The notes beneath the pieces are model-generated. The model worked only from the letters and a program-made list of their open reading frames with translations, had not been told where the DNA came from and ran no database searches. 24,051 nt of DNA from assembly GCA_017938055.1 (NCBI GenBank), contig JAGBCG010000120.1:1-24051 (forward strand), written 5' to 3'. The translations under genes and the position numbers were made by a program. The stretch is from Clostridia bacterium. Lineage in GTDB: Bacteria; Bacillota; Clostridia; Oscillospirales; CAG-382. Positions within the stretch are counted from its first letter, which is position 1; the number at the start of each line of letters is the position of its first letter. Shown here in pieces: positions 17,709-24,051 of this stretch.

Positions 17709-18533
17709 GTGCGTTTTGAACTGAACGAAATATTGAACATTGGCGAAAAAAATGGATTTGCCATTCCTGCTTTTAATGTGTACACAATGGAAAATGTGCT
17801 GGGCGTTATGAATGCCGCACAGGAAACGGGTTCTCCCGTGATTTTCCAGATGTATAGCCGTCTTTTCGGCACACAGGTAGGAAAGTTTCTTGCACCTGTT
17901 ATCCTGGAAGCAATAAACGAGCTAAAAACTCCTGCAGCTTTTCATATTGACCACGGCACAGGCGAAGACATGGTTATCCGTGCAATACGGTATGGTGCAA
18001 CAGGAGCTATGATTGATGCTTCTACCTTGCCTTTACAGGAGAACATATCCAAAACAAAGCGTGTTGTTGAGTTTGCTACAGCTGCGGGCATATCAGTTGA
18101 GGGTGAGCTTGGTCATATCGGTAATACAGCAGAGGAAATTTCCAGCGAGTATACCAATGTTGACGATGCTGTACAGTATGTTGAACAAACCAGTGTTAAG
18201 GCTTTGGCAATTATGGTTGGTACAGCACACGGCAAATACAAGCAAACACCTAAGCTTGCCATTGACAGAATTGCCCAAATCCACGCTGCAACAGATGCAC
18301 ATCTTGTATTACACGGTGGTTCGGGCGTTCCCGATGAACAAATAAAACAGGCAATCAATGCGGGTATTCGCAAGATAAATTTTGCAACAGACCTTGCTCA
18401 TGCATTTATTGACGGATGTCGTGAGCTTGATGCAAAAAAATATCCCTTAGATGTTTATCTTGCTCATCCCACAGAGAAAGTTAAAGAATTTGCCATCAGC
18501 AAAATCAAGCTGTGTGGCTCAGATAAATATTAA
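17709..18533 (+). CDS. Class II (Zn) ketose-phosphate aldolase, FBA/TBA family
   Basis: AFNV, HIDHG, MIDAS, VEGELG, GTAHG, VLHGGSG, KINF. GTG start behind GAAAGGA. Confidence 0.92.
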   Translation: MRFELNEILNIGEKNGFAIPAFNVYTMENVLGVMNAAQETGSPVIFQMYSRLFGTQVGKFLAPVILEAINELKTPAAFHIDHGTGEDMVIRAIRYGATGAMIDASTLPLQENISKTKRVVEFATAAGISVEGELGHIGNTAEEISSEYTNVDDAVQYVEQTSVKALAIMVGTAHGKYKQTPKLAIDRIAQIHAATDAHLVLHGGSGVPDEQIKQAINAGIRKINFATDLAHAFIDGCRELDAKKYPLDVYLAHPTEKVKEFAISKIKLCGSDKY

Positions 18534-18566
18534 TTAAAAAACACTAATTTAAAAGGAGAATTGATT

Positions 18567-19391
18567 ATGAATTACCCAAGCTATTACAGCATTTCTGCAG
18601 CAGATCTCGAAAAGGACAGCAAGATTCCTATGATTTTGTTTGAAAATTCCGGTGAAGTTTATTTTGAATATGCACTGGAAATGTTGGAGGAGGTTGTTAA
18701 AAACAACGCCGAAGGAAAGAAAACTGTTTTCATCTGTCCTTGCGGTCCTGTAGAACAATACCCCATCTTCGCAAGACTTGTAAATGAACGTAATGTAAGT
18801 CTTAAAAACACATGGATTATCAACATGGACGAATATTTGACTGATGACGAAGAATGGATTGAAGAAAGTTCACCATTTTCTTTCCATGGCTTTATGAATC
18901 GTTTCCTCTATGAAAAAATAAAGCCTGAGTTGGTAATGCCGAAAGAACAGAGAGTGTTCCCTGATCCTCACTGTCCCGAAAAAATCGGTCAGCTTATCGA
19001 AAAGCTTGGCGGTGTTGATATGGTTATGGGCGGAATTGCCGTAAACGGTCACATTGCGTTCAATGAGCCTATCAGCAACATGAGCACAGAGGAATTCGCA
19101 TCACTTCCCACCCGTGTAGTTGAACTCAGTGCTGAAACACGTATTAAGGATGCAATCCTCAGCCGTGGCGGTGCTATTGATACCATGCCTAAAAAAGCTA
19201 TCACTGTTGGTATGAAAGAAATGATGGCTGCTAAAAAGCTTCGTTTGTCAATGGTAAACAACATGCAGCGTGCTGTAATTCGCCGTGCTACACATGGTGA
19301 AGTTACTTCAGAATGTCCTATCACATTTGTTCAGAATCATCCTGATGCAGTTTTGTTTGTCAGCAAGAACGTAACAGAGCTTCCGTTCTGA
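18567..19391 (+). CDS. Glucosamine-6-phosphate deaminase/isomerase (NagB)-like protein
   Basis: NMDEY, SFHGFM, GGVD, GHIAFNEP, TRVVEL, AITVGM, HPDA. Start set at ATG 18567 (AGGAG at 18554-18558). Confidence 0.85.
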   Translation: MNYPSYYSISAADLEKDSKIPMILFENSGEVYFEYALEMLEEVVKNNAEGKKTVFICPCGPVEQYPIFARLVNERNVSLKNTWIINMDEYLTDDEEWIEESSPFSFHGFMNRFLYEKIKPELVMPKEQRVFPDPHCPEKIGQLIEKLGGVDMVMGGIAVNGHIAFNEPISNMSTEEFASLPTRVVELSAETRIKDAILSRGGAIDTMPKKAITVGMKEMMAAKKLRLSMVNNMQRAVIRRATHGEVTSECPITFVQNHPDAVLFVSKNVTELPF

Positions 19392-19409
19392 TTTGTTGAG
19401 GATACAGCA

Positions 19410-20588
19410 ATGTTAGCAAATTCGTATTTTTGGATAGGAAACGGCACTACTGTTTTGCCCGGCAGAGCGTGTAAGCAGGGTTCTGTTCTTGTGAAAAATG
19501 GTAAAATCCTTGCTGTCAATGAGGCTTGTCCACAGGGTGTTACAAGAATTGATGCAAAAGGCGGATATATTTTACCGGGCTTTATAGACTTACACGTACA
19601 TGGCGGTGGTGGTGCGGATTTTATGGATGCAACGCCTGAAAGTGTTGCTACAGTTGCCATTGCCCATGCTAAACATGGTACAACCGGTCTGCTTGCTACA
19701 TCCATGACCAGCACTAACGATGTCCTTGAAAAAATGATCAACAGCTATTTAATAGCCGAAGAAAAAGGAACAGGCGGAGCTGAATTGTTGGGTCTGCACC
19801 TGGAAGGACCGTATTTCTCTGCTAAAAATAAAGGTGCACAGCCAGTTAAGGAACAGCGTATTCCCACACGTGAAGAGCTGGAATATTTCATTAAACTGGC
19901 AAAGGGACGAATTGTCCGTTGGGATGAAGCACCTGAGCTTGAAAATACAGATGTGTTTGCTCAGGTTATGAAAGAAAACGGAATTATAGCGTCTATTGCA
20001 CATACTTCCGCTATTGCTGCACAGGCGTATGCTGCATTTGATATGGGCTTTTCTCATATAACACATTTTTACAGTGCCACAACAACAGGTCAGAAAATTG
20101 ATGGTCTGTGCTATTCAGGCGTTAATGAAGCGACCTTTCTTGATGACAGAATCACTGTTGAACTGATTGCAGACGGCAGACATATTCCCAGAGAGCACAT
20201 GCTTTTAACGTATAAAATCAAGGGTGCTGACAAGCTGGCATTAATTACCGATGCCATGCGTGCAGCCGATACAAATGATACTCAAAGCATACTTGGTGCA
20301 ATGGACACGGGAGTGCCTGTTGTTATTAAAGACAATGTTGCACAGTTGCCTGATTTTTCTTCTTATGCAGGCAGTGTCGGCACAATGGACAATGCGTTAA
20401 GAGTAGCCCATGTGAGATATGGTATTCCTCTTGTGGATGTTGTGAAAATGATGTCCCTGACACCTGCCAGGATCATTGGTCGCAGCCATGATAAAGGCAG
20501 CCTTGAAGTTGGCAAGGATGCGGATATTGTAATCATGAACAACGATTTTGAGGTTGAAAGCGTATATGTTTGTGGAGTTGAAATATAG
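19410..20588 (+). CDS. nagA: N-acetylhexosamine deacetylase (NagA amidohydrolase family)
   Basis: PGFIDLHVHGGGG, HLEGPY, IAH, THF, IADGRH, ITDAM, AGS, TPA, GSLEVGKDADIV. Confidence 0.88.
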   Translation: MLANSYFWIGNGTTVLPGRACKQGSVLVKNGKILAVNEACPQGVTRIDAKGGYILPGFIDLHVHGGGGADFMDATPESVATVAIAHAKHGTTGLLATSMTSTNDVLEKMINSYLIAEEKGTGGAELLGLHLEGPYFSAKNKGAQPVKEQRIPTREELEYFIKLAKGRIVRWDEAPELENTDVFAQVMKENGIIASIAHTSAIAAQAYAAFDMGFSHITHFYSATTTGQKIDGLCYSGVNEATFLDDRITVELIADGRHIPREHMLLTYKIKGADKLALITDAMRAADTNDTQSILGAMDTGVPVVIKDNVAQLPDFSSYAGSVGTMDNALRVAHVRYGIPLVDVVKMMSLTPARIIGRSHDKGSLEVGKDADIVIMNNDFEVESVYVCGVEI

Positions 20589-20649
20589 TTCAATGATTCT
20601 TCAAAAAATTGAATTACATAAGACTATAAATAAGATTATACATTAGATT

Positions 20650-20688
20650 AACTGACACTGTTTTATTATAGTGTCAGTTTTTCTTTTG
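20650..20688 (+). terminator. Rho-independent terminator ending the catabolic operon
   Basis: AACTGACACTG-ttttatta-TAGTGTCAGTT 11-bp stem (one G-U pair) followed by a T-rich tract. Confidence 0.85.
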
Positions 20689-20737
20689 CGTTTTTGCACA
20701 ACACAGATATTTCAATAACAAAAATTCAACATTTTTA

Positions 20738-20766
20738 TTGAAAAATACTTTGCTGTGTGGTATAAT
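20738..20766 (+). promoter_or_regulatory. Sigma-A promoter upstream of the repeat element and orphan ORF
   Basis: TTGAAA-17 nt-TATAAT with extended -10 TG. Confidence 0.8.
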
Positions 20767-20915
20767 GATTTCATCGAAGATGAAATCAGCGATATAAATC
20801 TCGTTCCTCGATTTTCGATATGTCATAAATGACTCGATATGTGCTAACGCACTCGATATGTTGCCTTACGGCAACGAGATTTATATCATATCGAGCAATC
20901 GAAGATGGCATATCG
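20766..20915. repeat. Multi-hairpin intergenic repeat element (three TCGATATG+hairpin units at 19-bp period inside a 15-bp inverted repeat)
   Basis: TCGATATG at 20815, 20834 and 20853. Perfect IR 20791-20805 / 20873-20887. Perfect 10-bp hairpin 20766-20788. Reverse-complement copies CATATCGA 20887-20894 and CATATCG 20909-20915. Confidence 0.85.
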
Positions 20916-21015
20916 CCAAAAAGCTTGTCATCTGAATCGTTCAACCAATTCGTACACTGCAGGTGTAGATAACCACATAGAGCCGAAAAACTTATAAAAG
21001 AAAAGGAATGTAAAC

Positions 21016-21591
21016 ATGCTGCATTTAAAACCCTCATCGTATGTGAAAAACGCACATTTACTTAAAAGCGAATATGCCGTAAAGGATGGTAAAATTATAG
21101 CAAATCTCGATGCACCGCTTATTCTTGATATGGTTTTAAGATTTTTGTACATAAATAAAGATAAAGCTCTGTCGTTTTATCTTGAAACGCCTGATAACTT
21201 AAAGGCTGAAGCGGATTTTACCAACGACAGCACACCAAAGAATCCCATGTTTGCCTTTAACGCTAGTTTTGAAAGCTTTGAAAAGGCAAGCGGAGTTCTG
21301 TTCTTTTTCTCTGAAATTCTGGCTAAGGACGGCTTGTGCCGATATAAATTCCGTGCCGATAATGATGAAATTTACTGTGAAAAATATAATATTGTCACTA
21401 TCACCTGCGAGGATACAGAAAAATACGAAAAGCTGTTATGTGACATGAAAATACCACGTACAGATAATCTTGTAACGGCATATGATACGTTTTCAAAGGA
21501 AACACCGGGTATGTCAAAAAGAGTTTTTTACAAAGGTATGAGTGCCAAGGATTTGCCCCAGCTGTTCAGACAATACGGCTTTACAAGATAA
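21016..21591 (+). CDS. Hypothetical protein (191 aa)
   Basis: ORF with AAGGA RBS, an upstream promoter and a downstream terminator. Protein-like composition. No function recognised. Confidence 0.75.
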   Translation: MLHLKPSSYVKNAHLLKSEYAVKDGKIIANLDAPLILDMVLRFLYINKDKALSFYLETPDNLKAEADFTNDSTPKNPMFAFNASFESFEKASGVLFFFSEILAKDGLCRYKFRADNDEIYCEKYNIVTITCEDTEKYEKLLCDMKIPRTDNLVTAYDTFSKETPGMSKRVFYKGMSAKDLPQLFRQYGFTR

Positions 21592-21641
21592 AAGGTATTT
21601 TGCCTGTAGCAAGAATATGAAAAGAATATATAAGCAAAAAC

Positions 21642-21694
21642 AAAAAGCCCTTTCTGGCAAAGAGAAAAAACTTCTTGTCAAAAAAGGCTTTTTT
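21642..21694. terminator. Probable bidirectional terminator between convergent genes
   Basis: Long imperfect hairpin AAAAAGCC...TGGCAA...TTGTCA...GGCTTTTTT with A-tract and T-tract ends. Confidence 0.7.
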
Positions 21695-21695
21695 A

Positions 21696-22969
21696 TCATA
21701 TTTCGCTGACATAACGCCAAGTGGACGGCTTTCCCTCAAGCTCGTCTGCCATGTTTATGGCAAGGATGTTCCAGTTTACAAAGTCGGGACTCATTACAGG
21801 CTCTCTTGTTTCGGGATTGTAGTATTCATGCAATGTTCCGGTTTTTCTTAAGTCATCACCTAAAAGCGAAAGAGTTTTTTTGGCAATAATTTCTGCTTCT
21901 TCTTTAAGACCATAGTTCATAAGTCCTCTGAAAACGGCATACTGTGCGATAATCCATATAGGTCCGAGCCAGTTTGACGGGTTTGAGGATGCGTCAAGAT
22001 TGTACATTTTTTCGTCCCTTGAAAGTGAGCGAATACCGCCATTGCTCATATATGTGTTTTCATCAAGAATATGCTTTGCAAGCTCCTTTGCCTGCTGGTC
22101 TGTTGCAATAGAGCAAAGCATGGGAAGAAAGCTTGACCAGCTTCTCACCTTTATAAACAGCGTGTTCCAGAATACTCCAAGTCCCTTGTGGAACCAGTCG
22201 TAAGAACGGCATTTGATGTCAACATCCACGCTGTAGAACAGCTTGTCTCGGTTATCATAACATTCGTCCTGAACAGCTTGTGCAAGCTTTTGTGCTTTTT
22301 GCTCATATACGGTGTATTCTTCGTCACCGGTTTCTTTTAAAAGCTTTGCCATACATTTAAGCTCATTTACAAGGAATGAATTAAGGAATATGCCTGCCGT
22401 TGAAAATCTAGGTCTTCCAAATGCGGACGGGTCGTTGTCAACGCCAATCAAAACGTCATTTGCCCATACGTAAAGACCACATCTTTCATTGTAATAATAT
22501 TTGTCATAACAGGCAATATAATTTTTAGCTGGCAGATATATGGCTTTATCCATTCAAAAGAGCCGCTAAAGCCTGACACAAGACATACCTGATGGCAAAG
22601 AAAAGGCTTGTGCATATTGAGAATATCTCCGTCCTTGTGCTTCTTTATAAGGTAGGGGGTCTCGTTGTTTGGATTAAGCACCATTATAGGTATATAGCCG
22701 TCCTCAAGCTGAAAGGACAAAAAGTTAAGCACATTCCCTTTACCACATTCAATGATTTTTTCACGAAAGCCCTCAGGTGAGTTTCCGTTTTCAGCAACAT
22801 TTATCATCGCGAATGTCGCCCAAAAAGTATCCCAGTCCCATAGCTGTTGATTGTATGAAAAGCCGGGGTCAACAAAGGGATATTTGTAATTACCGCAAGG
22901 CTCTTTCATAGCCTTGTCAAGCTTTTCGAAAAGATATTCTTCAATGAGCTGTTTATCTGATTTGTTCAT
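21696..22969 (-). pseudogene. GH63/GH37-like (alpha/alpha)6-barrel glycoside hydrolase split by a 1-bp frameshift (true pseudogene or sequencing error)
   Basis: N-half from ATG 22969 (LWDWDTFW, NMHKPFLCHQ) and C-half (GVDNDP, NPSNWLGPIW, LHEYYNPET) join if one A is added to the A5 run at 22522-22526 (CAG CTA AAA AAT TAT, giving ...ICQLKNYIACYDKYY...). Confidence 0.8.
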
Positions 22970-23047
22970 GATAGTTCTTCCTTTTTGATAAAGTGTTTTG
23001 TACTGACAAAAAAGTCTGAAAAAGTACAAATAAAAGCACGTGGCTAT

Positions 23048-23075
23048 ATTTTAACATTTTTTTCGTACTTGTCAA
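23048..23075 (-). promoter_or_regulatory. Sigma-A promoter of the glycosidase gene
   Basis: Minus strand TTGACA-16 nt-TAAAAT with extended -10 TG. Confidence 0.65.
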
Positions 23076-23189
23076 TGAGCTTTTTGCTTTTTTCGGGAGA
23101 AATAAAAATTTTTACCGTCCTCTTTATTACTGAATTGCAGAAAGAAACACCAAAAGAGCATGAAATTACAGTATGTTAAATATTTCTTA

Positions 23190-23218
23190 TTGAAATGTGT
23201 GAAAAAAAGTTTTACAAT
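23190..23218 (+). promoter_or_regulatory. Sigma-A promoter of pdxK
   Basis: TTGAAA-17 nt-TACAAT. Confidence 0.7.
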
Positions 23219-23254
23219 AAGAATGATTTTAACATGAGGAAAGCGGGAGCAGAC

Positions 23255-24051
23255 ATGGATACAAAGAGAATACTTACAATACAGGATATTTCGGGTGTGG
23301 GACAGTGCTCACTTACTGTAGCTCTTCCAATAATATCGGTATGCGGAATTGAAACAAGTGTGCTTCCCACAGCTGTGCTGTCCACACATACAGGAGGCTT
23401 TACAGGCTTTACTTTCCGTGATCTTACAGAGGATATTCCCTCAATACAAAGTCACTGGCAAAAAGAGAACATAACCTTTGATGCCATTTATACAGGATAT
23501 CTGGGAAGCAAAAAGCAGGTGGAATATGTAATTGATATTCTTAAAAGTATGGGCAATAAAAACAGCGTAAATATAATAGATCCTGCAATGGCTGATAAAG
23601 GAAAGCTTTATACAGGCTTTGACCAAAGCTTTGCAGATACCATGAAAAAACTTGTTCCCCATGCCGATTTTCTTCTTCCCAACATTACCGAAGCGTGCTT
23701 TTTGACAGATACGCCTTATAATGATAACCCTGATGAAGCATTCATTAAAGAGGTAATGACAAAGCTTTATAAAATGGGAGCAAAAACTGTAATTCTTACA
23801 GGAGAAGCCTTTAATAAGGACAAGACAGGTGCGGTTATATATGACGGCAGGGAATTTTTATGCTATGAGCACCAAAGGCTTGCCCAGAGCTGTCACGGAA
23901 CGGGTGATATATATGCTTCAGCTTTTACAGGCTCGCTTATGAGAGGCAAATCTGTATTTGAAAGCGTGAAAATTGCTGCAGATTTTGTTGTGGAGTGTAT
24001 AAAAATTACAATTCCTGACAAAAATCACACCTACGGTGCAAAATTTGAGCC
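23255..24051 (+). CDS. pdxK: Pyridoxal/pyridoxamine kinase (partial at window end)
   Basis: Manual translation: MDTKRILTIQDISGVGQCSLTVALPII...LSTHTGGF...FDAIYTGYLGS...IIDPAMAD...LLPNITEA...HGTGDIYAS. GGGAG RBS. No stop before 24051. Confidence 0.92.
   Translation, partial: MDTKRILTIQDISGVGQCSLTVALPIISVCGIETSVLPTAVLSTHTGGFTGFTFRDLTEDIPSIQSHWQKENITFDAIYTGYLGSKKQVEYVIDILKSMGNKNSVNIIDPAMADKGKLYTGFDQSFADTMKKLVPHADFLLPNITEACFLTDTPYNDNPDEAFIKEVMTKLYKMGAKTVILTGEAFNKDKTGAVIYDGREFLCYEHQRLAQSCHGTGDIYASAFTGSLMRGKSVFESVKIAADFVVECIKITIPDKNHTYGAKFE

Noticed and set aside
8700-20740. Catabolic cluster as a mobile element or genomic island
   Set aside because: No integrase, transposase, tRNA target or flanking direct repeats were seen; I could not compute a compositional shift and none is obvious by eye.
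20766-20915. CRISPR array
   Set aside because: Repeat unit is only 8 nt with 11-nt self-complementary spacers; there are three units and no cas genes.
20786-21152. Minus-strand ORFs 20786-21055 and 20928-21152
   Set aside because: They are translations across the repeat element and antisense to the 21016 gene, with no RBS support or protein-like features.
22515-22535. Programmed -1 frameshift or phase-variable tract
   Set aside because: An A5 run is too short for phase variation and is not a canonical X XXY YYZ slippery heptamer; no clear stimulatory structure was seen.
22448-23029. Two independent genes (193 aa and 285 aa)
   Set aside because: They are the N- and C-halves of one glycosidase; the junction reads through with a single added base.
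23218-23255. Riboswitch upstream of pdxK
   Set aside because: The leader is only ~30 nt between the promoter and the start codon, too short for a known aptamer.

Overview
Chromosomal window from a spore-forming Bacillota (Clostridia-like, inferred from spoIIR, csaB and near-consensus sigma-A promoters). (1) 1-8672, minus strand: a pyruvylated secondary cell-wall polymer (SLH-anchoring) operon, murJ-like flippase / GT4 / DUF4330-like / O-antigen-ligase-like / GT4-CsaB fusion, running directly into ispE and spoIIR (partial). (2) 8813-20690: an AraC regulator divergent from a tightly packed 10-gene catabolic operon (Ldh_2 oxidoreductase, Eda-like aldolase, aldo-keto reductase, MOFRL glycerate-kinase-like protein, divergent enolase homologue, aldehyde dehydrogenase, PfkB kinase, class II aldolase, NagB-like, NagA-like), with a clear promoter and terminator and no transporter. 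Several of these enzymes keep their catalytic cores but have lost the residues that bind a C6 or C2 phosphate, and the enolase homologue has a rewired active site. This points to an apparently uncharacterised pathway for an amino sugar that is not 6-phosphorylated, and is the best candidate for a new system here. (3) 20738-24051: a sigma-A promoter followed by a ~150 nt multi-hairpin 19-bp-period repeat element and an orphan ORF, a convergent GH63/GH37-like glycosidase split by a 1-bp frameshift, and a partial pdxK. No mobile element, CRISPR array, tRNA or rRNA was seen. Residue comparisons to reference enzymes are from memory and by eye, not from computed alignments.
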